A DNA stretch of 63,303 bases, filler included, from Octopus bimaculoides (GCF_001194135.2; 5 parts of 5 records of this genome joined end to end with filler, not necessarily neighbours in it); one strand, 5' to 3'; positions 28,400 through 41,559 are shown, numbered from the whole stretch's first letter. The notes: a model not told the origin generated them from the letters alone. Numbers and translations are program-made.

Positions 28400-30070
28400 A
28401 TATCTTACATCTGAAAAGGATCTGAGCGCTTTCAGCTAAGCATACCTTTATTCGATCGATTAATATAAGGTGTAGATTTTTCGATTATTTTCCACTTAAG
28501 TATATGTGGTTAGATTTCAAACTCCATATGTGGCTAGCCAACGTAGTAACTTTGCTTTTATCCTTGTCGGAAGAAAGATATGTAATCAACATACGATATT
28601 TAAATTCTCTTTCACATAGTCCAATGTAGACCTTTTTATCAGCTGTATTATCATCTAGCGTTGCACCAACGTCTGCTTCATATATCACAGATTTAACTAT
28701 ATATCACTGGTCAAGTGGACATGATCCTGTGTCACGACAATTACGACTAGATTTGGGCTCTTGGTTTGACCTCGTGTAATGATTCTCTTCATATTGGGGC
28801 AACAACCATATGATAATTTTATCGAGCGCCTGTTAAACATTTTCCTGTACTTGTGAGTTGTTGGAAGATATTTATCTAGGAGAGACATGAATCTTCTATC
28901 TATGTTAGCTTTTACATTAATGGAAAAGGGAGGGGCGAACTAAATAACTTTCCTTGGTCTATATTTTGGTCTTTTATTATTATTCTGATTTGTATTAGAG
29001 GGATTATCTATTACTTTATCTTTAAAGAACACTGGGTCTATTATCATTATTCTTATTAATACTAGAGGGATTTTGGCTAGGGCATTGCTATAGTAGGTGG
29101 CTGCTTTCTCGAAAATTTCCTTAGTGGAAGGGAGGTTAGACAACCTGTTACTAACAATAGCTATCAGATTTTTAAATATTAGAGGCGGGTGACAAGACGA
29201 TATGTATACAGGCGGGTTCGTTGTTAGGCTTATGGAAAGGTTTATAAAAGGAGTTCATTTCTAGGGAAACATCTAAAAAATTAAGTATAGACAGATTAGG
29301 AGCTACTGTAATTTTAAGGCCTAAGTGACTGAAGGTTGAAATTAGTTTCCTAAATCTATCAAGGGTGTGACCATCACACCTATGGGAAGTGGTAAACCGT
29401 CATCTAGGTATAGGCCAAAGTCATGAAATGGGTACTTCGATCTCAACGTGTTTAATACAAATAAACCCACAAGTTCAGCACTATCGTACAACCCCATAGA
29501 TACATCTAATAGTTAATCATTATATGACTTTTTTTACCCTGCTAATCCTTTACTAAACAGTGGCGTTTTCGTCGCATGCCTGATAAATTTCTGGTCTATA
29601 GGGTCAATATCAGCATATAATTTAACAAATTCGATATTTATCAAGCAGCGATCTAGATATAGAGGGATAGAAATCTATTATGTCAAACTAGGTGAATTTG
29701 ACCTTATTATTGTTCTTAATGTTCTTAAAACAATCAATAACAGTAAAACTATTATTCCATTGTTGAAGCCCAGTGGTCACTCTAATTTTGTTATTAATAT
29801 TTCGTAGTGTCTTTTCGCTACTAGCCCAATTTCAGATCTCGCTGGGTTTAACAATCTAAAAGTAGGTTTATCATGCAAATTAGGTTTATGGTCTTTTAAA
29901 GTAATAAAAGCTTCTCTTTTAGTTAAGCATTCTAATCTATCGTCGATATTACCACGTGTAACCAGGAATTTGTCTCATCATTAACATCATTGTATCTCTC
30001 TACGTTAGCTTTCTTGTATTTAGTGGAAATGGTGTCATTTAGCAACTTATATAGATCATTAGTAACTTTT
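28400..30070 (-). mobile_element. Decayed Penelope-like element (RT plus GIY-YIG)
   Basis: [11 protein letters not shown]; YDSAELVGL; GLYLDDGL; FAPPFSINVKANI; IKLSYGCCPNM; KKVYIGLCEREFK. Confidence 0.9.
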
Positions 30071-30079
30071 AAAATGAAA

Positions 30080-30392
30080 TCTAATCTGAAATGAAATCTT
30101 ATATCAAAAACTTTCGAAGTTCCAAAAAGAAGTTCGTATTTTCTGATAAGACTAATACCCTACATAAGGTTACTAATAGTCTGGAGAATAAGTTGCTAAA
30201 TTTTCACTATACATAAAGAAAGCTAACGTTGATAGATACAATGATATTAATGATGAGGCTAAATTCCCCGCTAAACATAGTAATATCGACGATAGATTAG
30301 AATGCTTAGGTAAAAGAGAAGCTTTTATCACTTTAAAAGACTATAAATCTAATTTCCATGATAAACTCACTTGTAGAATGTTAAACCCAGTT
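30080..30392 (+). mobile_element. Inverted partial copy of the adjacent PLE N-terminal region
   Basis: FVFSDKTNTLHK...[20 protein letters not shown]...MLNP; reverse-complementary to ~29845-30070. Confidence 0.85.
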
Positions 30393-30469
30393 AATCACAT
30401 GACTTCCTCCCGAAATAAGGACATAATCAAACCGTTTTTTCTATATGCGCCCTTCTCGTCTTTTTGTTT

Positions 30470-31385
30470 CTTCTCTCATTTAATTTTAATTCTTTATGCT
30501 ATGTGATGACTGCGCGGAGTTGTTACACATGCTATCATTCCTTATTAGGTATGTTCTCAGCAGAAGAACTATTAATAGCACATAAAAAACATGTATTATG
30601 CTTATCAAATAATATTTATCTCTCACCAGATGGAGTACTTTTTTCATGATCTTACCAACACAGAACAGTACATTNNNNNNNNNNGTGTGTGTGTGTGTGT
30701 GTGCGTTTGTGTACCTCACCCCACACCCCTCCACACAGACTAGCATTGACCACTTCCCAACATCCCCACCACACACCACACACCACCATGCACAGTCCCA
30801 CACTCGCACAAGCACATAATACCTGAACACAAGCTATATATACATACACACACAACGCGATATTAATACACGCTACATACATAGACACATTTAACTTATT
30901 CCCACATATATACACGACATATATGCACACTGTTTGCTCACACGTATACGCATACATGCACACGCATGTGCATCCACCTCGTGAAAAAGAACATTTCAAC
31001 TGATACACACAACACACACACACATACATTACGGACGCACACATTTACACACGCACACACTCACACACGTTAGAGTCACTAGCCCCTATTCAAACACACT
31101 TACACATTCACGCACATTCTCACATACACACGCACGCGCACCTTCATCTGGGATCACCAGCACTTTATTACCTTCTTTTCTTTTAACTTCTTTCAAACTG
31201 TTTCGCTAAATCTACAAGTTTTTTTCATTCTTTCACTCTGTTTATTTTCTCTTATTCCTCTCTGTTTAAGAGCGTAGGCTCGAAACTTAAAAGACTTTCA
31301 TTTTCACGAGCGTCAAACGAACACACCTCCTTGATATTCATACACATACACCTGTCTTCATCTTTTGTTTTCCTATAAATTTCGA

Positions 31386-31390
<5 letters not shown>
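30470..31390 (+). mobile_element. Probable PLE 3' terminus with (CA)-rich UTR and degenerate hammerhead-like motif
   Basis: YLSPDGV resembles the PLE xLxPxGLN end. Motif CTGTTTA-A-GAGC-GTAG-GCTC-GAAAC at 31262-31286. Confidence 0.45.
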
Positions 31391-31450
<60 letters not shown>

Positions 31451-31939
31451 NNNNNNNNNNNNNNNNNNNNNNNNNNNNNNNNNNNNNNNNNNNNNNNNNN
31501 NNNNNNNNNNNNNNNNNNNNNNNNNNNNNNNNNNNNNNNNNNNNNNNNNNNNNNNNNNNNNNNNNNNNNNNNNNNNNNNNNNNNNNNNNNNNNNNNNNNN
31601 NNNNNNNNNNNNNNNNNNNNNNNNNNNNNNNNNNNNNNNNNNNNNNNNNNNNNNNNNNNNNNNNNNNNNNNNNNNNNNNNNNNNNNNNNNNNNNNNNNNN
31701 NNNNNNNNNNNNNNNNNNNNNNNNNNNNNNNNNNNNNNNNNNNNNNNNNNNNNNNNNNNNNNNNNNNNNNNNNNNNNNNNNNNNNNNNNNNNNNNNNNNN
31801 NNNNNNNNNNNNNNNNNNNNNNNNNNNNNNNNNNNNNNNNNNNNNNNNNNNNNNNNNNNNNNNNNNNNNNNNNNNNNNNNNNNNNNNNNNNNNNNNNNNN
31901 NNNNNNNNNNNNNNNNNNNNNNNNNNNNNNNNNNNNNNA

Positions 31940-32330
31940 CGTTAGAACAATGAACTACAGACAACGGAACGAACACATAGGAAAACAGATAGCCACTTGG
32001 AATTAATCCTTCGTCAGCTGCCTCTATTCTAACTAGACGTTTCGAACATAAAGCAGAAGTACTCTAGAATAGTCTCTTCCTGAGTAGTGGTTCGATCCAC
32101 TAAACAGAGGATTCCAAGGTGGCAAACACAAACCAAGACAGGAAAAACTGGACAGTGAAAACAACATTAAAAAGCGGTACGGCCAAACGCGAATCTGATG
32201 TAGAACGCTAACAGTTCGTCTCGCCTTCATAGTGGCTGGAGTGAAAAGAGAGTTGACACGGGTCACACGTGAGTAGTGAGGATGGTAGAGGGAGGAAGTG
32301 GAAAGAGAAGGAAGAGAGAGATGTGTGTAG
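31940..32330 (-). mobile_element. Unclassified repeat; related copy at ~58270-58400
   Basis: Both copies share CGAAACGYCT..GTTAGA....GGCAGCTGAYGARGGA....GTGGC. Confidence 0.5.
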
Positions 32331-32464
32331 CAGTGAAGTAGAAGCCAGGACAACAGAAGGAAGCAGAGCGAGAGGGGGAGATGTGTAAGAAGAAAGATAG
32401 ATAGGTAGATCGATAGAGGTATAGATACAAAGATAGAGAAAGACAGACATACAGACAGACAGAC

Positions 32465-32503
<39 letters not shown>

Positions 32504-32622
32504 AAGAAAGAAGGATAGAGTCACGTCAGAATAATAAAGTATCAACTTACTTGCAAAAAGGATGTGTGCGTTTGATGATGTAATAATACAAAGAATATAT
32601 ATGCATGTATACACACATATAT

Positions 32623-32659
<37 letters not shown>

Positions 32660-34056
32660 NNNNNNNNNNNNNNNNNNNNNNNNNNNNNNNNNNNNNNNNN
32701 NNNNNNNNNNNNNNNNNNNNNNNNNNNNNNNNNNNNNNNNNNNNNNNNNNNNNNNNNNNNNNNNNNNNNNNNNNNNNNNNNNNNNNNNNNNNNNNNNNNN
32801 NNNNNNNNNNNNNNNNNNNNNNNNNNNNNNNNNNNNNNNNNNNNNNNNNNNNNNNNNNNNNNNNNNNNNNNNNNNNNNNNNNNNNNNNNNNNNNNNNNNN
32901 NNNNNNNNNNNNNNNNNNNNNNNNNNNNNNNNNNNNNNNNNNNNNNNNNNNNNNNNNNNNNNNNNNNNNNNNNNNNNNNNNNNNNNNNNNNNNNNNNNNN
33001 NNNNNNNNNNNNNNNNNNNNNNNNNNNNNNNNNNNNNNNNNNNNNNNNNNNNNNNNNNNNNNNNNNNNNNNNNNNNNNNNNNNNNNNNNNNNNNNNNNNN
33101 NNNNNNNNNNNNNNNNNNNNNNNNNNNNNNNNNNNNNNNNNNNNNNNNNNNNNNNNNNNNNNNNNNNNNNNNNNNNNNNNNNNNNNNNNNNNNNNNNNNN
33201 NNNNNNNNNNNNNNNNNNNNNNNNNNNNNNNNNNNNNNNNNNNNNNNNNNNNNNNNNNNNNNNNNNNNNNNNNNNNNNNNNNNNNNNNNNNNNNNNNNNN
33301 NNNNNNNNNNNNNNNNNNNNNNNNNNNNNNNNNNNNNNNNNNNNNNNNNNNNNNNNNNNNNNNNNNNNNNNNNNNNNNNNNNNNNNNNNNNNNNNNNNNN
33401 NNNNNNNNNNNNNNNNNNNNNNNNNNNNNNNNNNNNNNNNNNNNNNNNNNNNNNNNNNNNNNNNNNNNNNNNNNNNNNNNNNNNNNNNNNNNNNNNNNNN
33501 NNNNNNNNNNNNNNNNNNNNNNNNNNNNNNNNNNNNNNNNNNNNNNNNNNNNNNNNNNNNNNNNNNNNNNNNNNNNNNNNNNNNNNNNNNNNNNNNNNNA
33601 TGGTAGAAGAAGGAAGAAAAGAAAAAAGGAAGAAGAGAGAAGAAAAAATAGAGAATAATAAATAGAAAATATAAAGAAAACAAAAAAATGTCTTCCTGTT
33701 TTCCTTTGCTGTTAGTTCTTGCCTTTTATATTCTTTGTCGTTTCTTTTTATAAACTTTGAGTCCTATTTAGAATATATTCCTGTCATACATTCATTTATT
33801 TATTTATTTTTGGTAAGGTGTAGTTCTGCATGAGAGTATATTAGTATAATATTTGTAAATTTGAAAAATCAAATTAGTAAAATCAATTAGTAAAAATAAC
33901 CATATATATCATATCACACATATATACATATATATACATACAAAACGTATTCCTTGTTTTTCCTTTTTCTCTTTCAAACATTTAAGTTTGGGGAAAAATT
34001 TTTTATGAAGAGTAGTTCCATTGCCTTTCGGTATTGTGGATCGTCTCGTGTACAAT

Positions 34057-34089
<33 letters not shown>

Positions 34090-35350
34090 ATACGTGTGTA
34101 AGTGTGCATATATATGTATGTGTTAATATATATGTATATGTGTGTGTGTGTTTGTGTGTGTATGAGTGTGTGTGTGTGTGTGTGTCTGTGTTTATATAAT
34201 TCGTTTCCCCGTGTGAAGAATCTTAATTGTATCTGTTACCTATTTATCCAACACGTAAAACTTTGTAACTCTTATAAGCAAATGAAACATATGTATTGGT
34301 GAATAAATTATACCAAACAATTTCCAATTTCCTGTGTATATAAGCAGCCCCTTCTTAGGAAATGTTTGTTTTCAGCAAATAAGCTAAGCTCCATATAGAA
34401 TTTTTAGAAATTGTATTTAAAATGAGGGGATAAGGTGGTTTGTTTTTCTGAAAATTCTGTCTTTTCCAGATTGGCACTTATACATTTACTCAGAAAACCA
34501 TGTACACTAATAATAATTGGTATATATGTGAATTTACAATATGCATATACAAGCTGGAAATTGCGAAGCAGTTTTCCGTAGTTATCACTTATCTCTTTCA
34601 TTTTTAAAGAATTATTCACATCAGAAGAGCACCTGACCGCTTTGATGTTGCATACTTTTTCAAACAACAATATCCAGCTTCTTATATTTACACTGGAAAA
34701 AAGTTTTGAAGGGAATGTTCCATAAATATTCCTTGATATTTTTGTTGTTAACATCAGCCACGGTATGAACATTTTTCGAAATTTTCTACCCTTATTATTT
34801 TCACAGTAAAACTTTCGTAGTTTCAAAGCCTTTCTGGTACTCAGTTTCATTTTTTATGATTATTTGCCACCGAATGTAACTGCACTTGCGCGGTAGATTT
34901 GAAAATTAAAATGTATAAGTATGTAGCACGTGTATTTTCGGTGCTACTTGCTGCATAATTATGCATTAATTTTAGCGCCTTCACTGAAGAAGTAGGGATA
35001 GCAAATTCATTTATTTTGCACAGTGATACAGAAACTCAAGTCTGAGCGTAAATACAAAAATATTTTTTAATTTTTATTCCCTTTGAAATTGCTCATATTC
35101 GTGATCTGGGCTTTAAATGTCCATTCTGGCATGTAAGATGTCCTGTCAAAAGTCATCTCTTTAGTGTATAAATACGTAAATTGTTTATGCATTATACATA
35201 TATAAGGATTTACTATTCGTAATGAGATAACAAGAACCAAGGGTGTGTATATTTTAGAACCTGGAGCTTAACTATGGTCTATTCATAGCACTTACTCAGC
35301 ATAACCTGAAACCTCTGGGTCTAATTGACACCGTTACCGCTCATAACCTA

Positions 35351-35415
<65 letters not shown>

Positions 35416-35777
35416 NNNNNNNNNNNNNNNNNNNNNNNNNNNNNNNNNNNNNNNNNNNNNNNNNNNNNNNNNNNNNNNNNNNNNNNNNNNNNNNNNNNNN
35501 NNNNNNNNNNNNNNNNNNNNNNNNNNNNNNNNNNNNNNNNNNNNNNNNNNNNNNNNNNNNNNNNNNNNNNNNNNNNNNNNNNNNNNNNNNNNNNNNNNNN
35601 NNNNNNNNNNNNNNNNNNNNNNNNNNNNNNNNNNNNNNNNNNNNNNNNNNNNNNNNNNNNNNNNNNNNNNNNNNNNNNNNNNNNNNNNNNNNNNNNNNNN
35701 NNNNNNNNNNNNNNNNNNNNNNNNNNNNNNNNNNNNNNNNNNNNNNNNNNNNNNNNNNNNNNNNNNNNNNNNNNNNN

Positions 35778-35808
<31 letters not shown>

Positions 35809-36084
35809 TACATATATATACACATATACATGCATGCCTATATATACACACATATATGTGCTATATGTGTTTGTATCTTTGTGTGTGTGTGCGTGCGTGT
35901 GTGTATATATGTATTCGCATATTTTAAAATCTATTTGGCAAATGATGGTATTGTAACAATCTACTTACAATCTTATGAAACAAACAAGACATAACAGGAT
36001 ATATGAATATGGGCGTACTTACGCATGTGTAGATGTATATACAAACATGTATGTATGAATGTTTCTGTATAAGTATATATACAC

Positions 36085-36471
36085 ACTCTCTTTTACTTGT
36101 TTCAGTCTTTTGATTGTCGCCATGCTGGAGCACCACCTTCAGTCGAGCAAATTGACCCCAGGACTCATTTTTGGAAGCCTAGTACTTATTCTATCGGTCT
36201 GTTTTGCCGATCCGCTAAGTTACGTGGACGTAAACACACCAGCATCGGTTGTCAAGCGATGTTGGGGGGACAAACACAGACACCCAAACACATACACACA
36301 TACATATATATTTATATATATACATATATACGACGGGCGTCTTTCAGTTTCCGTCTACCAAATCCACTCACAAGGCTTTGGTCGGCCCGAGGCTATAGTA
36401 GAAGACACTTGCCAAAGATGCCACGCAGTCGGACGGAACACGGAACCATGTGGCTGGTAAGCAAGCTACTT
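36085..36471 (-). mobile_element. SINE, dominant family, head cut by an insertion
   Basis: Homology stops at GCAAGCTACT(T), before the ACCACACAGCC seen in other copies. Confidence 0.9.
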
Positions 36472-37518
36472 TATTTCATTAAATTCGCCGTTAACGGCGT
36501 TACATAGAGGGGACAATCAAGAACAAACAGACATAAAGTAGCTACGAGCTGGACATGGACATTAATGAGATGAGGGCGATAAGGATGAAACAAATAGCGA
36601 GAGAGACACCAGCACCCGCCGACTGATAACCCCTCGAAAACATTGTTCTTTTTTTTCCTTAAAAAACAAACAAACCTTATGAGGTTACAAACCTCTTACA
36701 CTATCAATTAAAACAATTCACCAGTTTAATCACTCAACCCCTCCGCAAGCAGATATGCTGCCCCTGACAAACAAGTGTCTACTGTTAGACTTGAATTGGC
36801 GGCGAGGTAGAAAAAATCTTTTGGTTACATTCCTCTATGACTTTTGTCATCGTGTTGTTATTTATAACCTCCGCAGCCAACTGCGGAGGCCATGTGCAAC
36901 TACTCGCACATTCCGAGTAGCTACTATTTTGGCCGCACTCGCGGTCCAACAACTCATTCACCGTCCCTCCATCATAGTCGCTCCCTCTTTTTTCGACTGC
37001 GGGGGTTGGGGCCTCTGCCGAGATACCCGGGGAGCCCTTCTCTTCACACGCAGACTGCTCTTTAAGTGGTGAGCAACTGACGTTGCTCATCTTTATTTTT
37101 CTATTTGTGGAGGTGAAAGCCTCCACGACTTTCAACATCTCCCCCTCCAATGGGGGGGCCATTCCGTGACCCATAGGGCAGTTTTTCCTTATATGGCCAG
37201 GCTCCAGGCACCGGTGACACTTGGGGATGGGCGTTCCTCAAGCATCACAGGGTACTTAGAACCGGCCACTGGGGTCCATAGGGTCAAATTAGCTTTAACC
37301 CCTTCCCAGTCGACAGCAGGCCCCATGCTGACATTCAGGAGCCTGGGCCCACTGTCCCTCAAGCCCTGCCGGATGGCATCAGAGATCCACCCAGCCTTGG
37401 TACCCGGGGGCAGTCCACACACCCAGGATCTGGTTATTCCTTTCCCGCAATAAGTGGGGGGGGCAAAATTTTCTTCCCCTGCAGAGGCTTGCTGGCCGCT
37501 ATGCCAGCCTCTGAAATA
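36472..37518 (-). mobile_element. Retroelement ORF1/gag-like region with CCHC zinc knuckle, followed directly by a 3'UTR-like end
   Basis: CGLPPGTKAGWISDAI...MLE[frameshift]KCHRCLEPGHIRKNCP (37178-37219); stop at 36785; ~300 nt non-coding; ends AATGAAATAA. The 5' end runs into a scaffold gap. Confidence 0.75.
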
Positions 37519-37618
37519 NNNNNNNNNNNNNNNNNNNNNNNNNNNNNNNNNNNNNNNNNNNNTTAATTAATTAANNNNNNNNNNNNNNNNNNNNNNNNNN
37601 NNNNNNNNNNNNNNNNNN

Positions 37619-37780
37619 TATGATGTTGGTAGACGTGCAGGTGAAGGAGTCGGTGATGCGATAGGGTCGGTGATGGGTGCTGGTGAGGAGGGTGGTGTTG
37701 GAGAGGTAAGGGCAAGTGCGGCAGCGTGGGCGGGAGCAGGGGAACGAGCCAGGTTGGGAGGTTGGGTTGGGGAAGAAGCT
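37619..37780 (-). mobile_element. Penelope-like element fragment (Cys-rich linker before GIY-YIG)
   Basis: PGSFPCSRPRCRTCPYL...ITDSFTCTSTNII. Confidence 0.85.
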
Positions 37781-37781
37781 G

Positions 37782-37821
<40 letters not shown>

Positions 37822-37869
37822 CATAACTATGTAAGTACGTACATATAAATGTATATATATACATACCTA

Positions 37870-38355
37870 CATATTTATCATGGTTCAGGGTTCAGTCTCG
37901 CAGCGTGACACCTTGAACAAGTGCTTTCTACTATAGACTCGGGCCAACCAAATACACATGTATCTATCATTTATTCTTTTATTTCCTTTACTTGTCTCAG
38001 TCACTTGACTGCGGCCATTTTGGAGCACTGCCTTTCAATCGAAGAAATTGACCTCAGGACCTATTCTTTGTAAGCTTGGTACTTATTCAATCGGTTTCTT
38101 TTGCTGAACCGCTAAGTTACGGGGATGCAAACACTTCAGCACGAGTTGTGCGTGTGTCTTTGTGCCTCTGTTTGTTTCCCCATCACCGTTTGACAACTGG
38201 TACTGAAGTGTTAACGTCTCCTTAACAAAAGACACCGGTCGAATAAGTACCAACCATACAAAGTACAGGTCCTGATGTCGATTTCTTCAACTAAAAGGCG
38301 GTGCTCCAACATGGCCGCAGTCAAATGACTAAGACAAGTAAAAGGCATAAAAGAA
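37870..38355. mobile_element. Cluster of SINE fragments (head on +, tail on -, tail on +)
   Basis: Homology to 5770-6287. Confidence 0.75.
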
Positions 38356-39612
38356 TAAAAGATAAATATATGTATGTATGCATGCATGCATGTAATTGCG
38401 TGTATGTGTATGCATATACGTGTGTATATATGTATGTATGTCTTCTTGTATGTATGTATGTATGTATGTATGTATGTATGTATGTATGTATGTATATCTG
38501 TAGACGTGTCTTCGAGCAAAATGTACAACTAATGTTTTCATTTGAAAAAGTGAAAATAATCAAATTTTTAACTTATTTAATTTTTAGCTATGTCTTTTAA
38601 TTTCAAAATCAAACTCGCTTCTATTATCATTATCATTCTTTTTTCATTATCATTGAAAGAATTCAAAATTCGTTCAACATTTTACCATTGTGCAGTAATT
38701 CTATAATAATGAATATTACAACGTATACCATATTTTTATGACTGCATATGTTTCTTTTTTAAATATCATATAATTAAGAGTTTAAAAGTCAAAAAGTCGA
38801 AGCAATAGTCTTATTTATACAAATGTAATTCTATCTTGATTTTGCTAACCAGGGAGAATTAGTGTTTCGACTGCCGATTACCGGAGGCACATAGGTATTT
38901 ATAGATAAGAAAGAGAGAGTTAGAATGATACACGAAGACATTTCACAAGATGACAGACACATCTAAAAATCTATGACTGTAATACAAAATATCACAGAGA
39001 TACTGGAATTTATTCATTCAGAAATGCTGAAGTTGCTTCAAGACAAAAATACAAATATTGGCATCTGTGTGTGTATAGTGAGTATATGTGGGCATGTATA
39101 TATATATATATATATNNNNNNNNNNNNNNNNNNNNNNNNNNNNNNNNNNNNNNNNNNNNNNNNNNNNNNNNNNNNNNNNNNNNNNNNNNNNNNNNNNNNN
39201 NNNNNNNNNNNNNNNNNNNNNNNNNNNNNNNNNNNNNNNNNNNNNNNNNNNNNNNNNNNNNNNNNNNNNNNNNNNNNNNNNNNNNNNNNNNNNNNNNNNN
39301 NNNNNNNNNNNNNNNNNNNNNNNNNNNNNNNNNNNNNNNNNNNNNNNNNNNNNNNNNNNNNNNNNNNNNNNNNNNNNNNNNNNNNNNNNNNNNNNNNNNN
39401 NNNNNNNNNNNNNNNNNNNNNNNNNNNNNNNNNNNNNNNNNNNNNNNNNNNNNNNNNNNNNNNNNNNNNNNNNNNNNNNNNNNNNNNNNNNNNNNNNNNN
39501 NNNNNNNNNNNNNNNNNNNNNNNNNNNNNNNNNNNNNNNNNNNNNNNNNNNNNNNNNNNNNNNNNNNNNNNNNATGTATATATATATAATTTTTGACAGG
39601 AATTTTTAATGG

Positions 39613-39680
39613 ACGGATAACTGAAGAGATGTTGGCGTGAGCTCTCACCCCGACATCCAAAACTCGGAATTTTATCATGG
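39613..39680 (+). ncRNA. Hammerhead motif, copy A of a tandem pair (GAAA box mutated)
   Basis: GATAA | CTGAAGA | GATGTTGG..GTGAG/CTCAC..CCGACATC | CAAAA CTCGGAAT-T | TTATC. Confidence 0.6.
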
Positions 39681-39736
39681 CTACCGAATAAGTGTCACAT
39701 GTTCTTACAGATAAATTCCTCTATTAACTCCGAAGG

Positions 39737-39803
39737 CCAGATAACTGAAAAGATGGCGGCGGGGTTTCCGCCCCGACATCGAAAACACGGAGTTTTATCG
39801 TGG
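39737..39803 (+). ncRNA. Hammerhead motif, copy B of a tandem pair (G8 mutated)
   Basis: CCAGATAA | CTGAAAA | GATG..GGCGG/CCGCC..CATC | GAAA ACACGGAGT-T | TTATC-G-TGG. Confidence 0.6.
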
Positions 39804-39914
39804 CTAGCGAATAATTGTCACATATTATTTACAGATAAATTCTTCTATTTACATAATATTGAGGTCTCTTTCTTTCTTTTGTTGTCCTTCCTATTAATAT
39901 ATATATATATAAGC

Positions 39915-40325
39915 GCAGACGGGGCTTTGTGGTAAGAAGCTTGCTCGCCAACCACATGGTTCCGGGTTCAGACCCATTGCGTGACACCTTGGGCAAGAGT
40001 CTTTTACTGTAACCTCAGGCCGTCCACGTCCTTGTGAGTAGATACGGTAGACGGATAATAAAAGAAGCTCGTCGCATATGTATATATGTGTGTATTTGTG
40101 TGTGTATGTGCGCGCGCGTGTGTATCTCTGTGTGTCTGTCTTTTCCCCCTCCCCCCAACACCACTTGACAACTGGTTTTGGTGTTTACGTCCTAGTAATC
40201 CAGTGCTTCGGAAAAATCGATCGATAGAACAAGTACTAGGCTTTAAAAATATATCCTGGAGTCAATTGGTTCGACTAAGACCCTTCAAGGCGGTGCTCCA
40301 CTATGGCCACATTCAAATGACTGAA
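39915..40325 (+). mobile_element. SINE, dominant family, diverged
   Basis: Homology to 5770-6287. Confidence 0.85.
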
Positions 40326-40769
40326 AATGTTTTAAATGTTTACCATTTCATTAATTTACTTGTGTTACTTTTTTTTAATTGATACTTCATTCTTTGGCAC
40401 CGTCTTGAACTGATTTCGCCAAACAAAAGGACTACGATACTTACATTTAAATCTGGTATCTACTCTCAGGGTGTTTTATGCCGCTCTTCCTCTGTTGTCG
40501 TCGTTGAAGTTGCTGAGACACGGTTCAGCCATAACCGAGTAAGCCTATGATCAAAAGCATTCCAGCCGGTTCTATTTATGTTTTGATCTTTTATCTATTC
40601 ATTATATCTTTTATGTCTTTGGCGGGCACTATGCATAGTGTGATGTGATGGTGGCGGGAAGCGAAGTAAAAATTATGAGGGCGAATTTCTCATTTCTCCA
40701 GTTTTTTTAGTTAAAATAGTCCTAAGGTCAGCAGAATCTACCTCGATTGAAATCGTATCTGAACAATTA

Positions 40770-41295
40770 TCTTTTATCTTTTACTTGTTTCAGTCATGGG
40801 ACTGTGGCCATGCTGGGACATCGCCTTGAAGAATTTTTAGTCGCATTAATCGACACCTCGTTCTTATAACTTTTAAAGCTTGTACTTATTCCATCGGTCT
40901 CTTTCTTGCCGAACCACTGAGTGACACGGACGTAAACACACCAGCACCGGTTGTTAAGCTGTGGAGGGGGACAAACACCGACACAAATATACACACACAA
41001 AGGAACAGACACACACACAAAGGCTTTACAACGTTTGTTTTTGAAAGTAGTGGTTTTCTGATTGCAAAACATATTAAGCAACACTAATTATAAATAGAAT
41101 AAAACATAAAAATAAAGAAGCTTTTGACGGTTTTATAGATATTTCAAAATTATTATGCTGTGATGCTAGGTGTTTACANNNNNNNNNNATTTGGTAGGCT
41201 CGAGGTTATTGCAGAAGATATTTTTCCCAAGTGGGACTGAGCCCGGAACCATGTGGTGGGGAAGCAAGCTTCTTACCACACAGCTACGCCTACGC
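40770..41295 (-). mobile_element. SINE tail (40770-41030) and head (41195-41295) fragments
   Basis: Homology to the dominant family. Confidence 0.75.
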
Positions 41296-41559
41296 CAATT
41301 GAATATGAAAAATAAGGCTGTAGGACTGACAAAGAATATGTTTGAAGTTTTTGATATCATAAATAAAGAAAAATCCGTTTCAAGTCTGTCGCAATAAGTC
41401 ACACCTAGATTGTCTAGCTTATAACAAACCAACCACCAAAAGGGATAAAACAGCAAATTAATTTGAAATGGCAAGTTAACAAAATCGGTTGTTAAAAACT
41501 TGTCTTTTAAGAGGAATTTTCTTCTGATACTAAGAAGCTGAGATGACAACCAATTTGTC

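Noticed and set aside
32547-33683. Long ORFs spanning N runs (also at 3797-4693, 31365-32006, 35325-35927, 38973-39678)
   Set aside because: They are open only because N gaps contain no stop codons.
34404-34850. 148-aa AT-rich minus-strand ORF
   Set aside because: No recognisable motif; it cannot be distinguished from chance.
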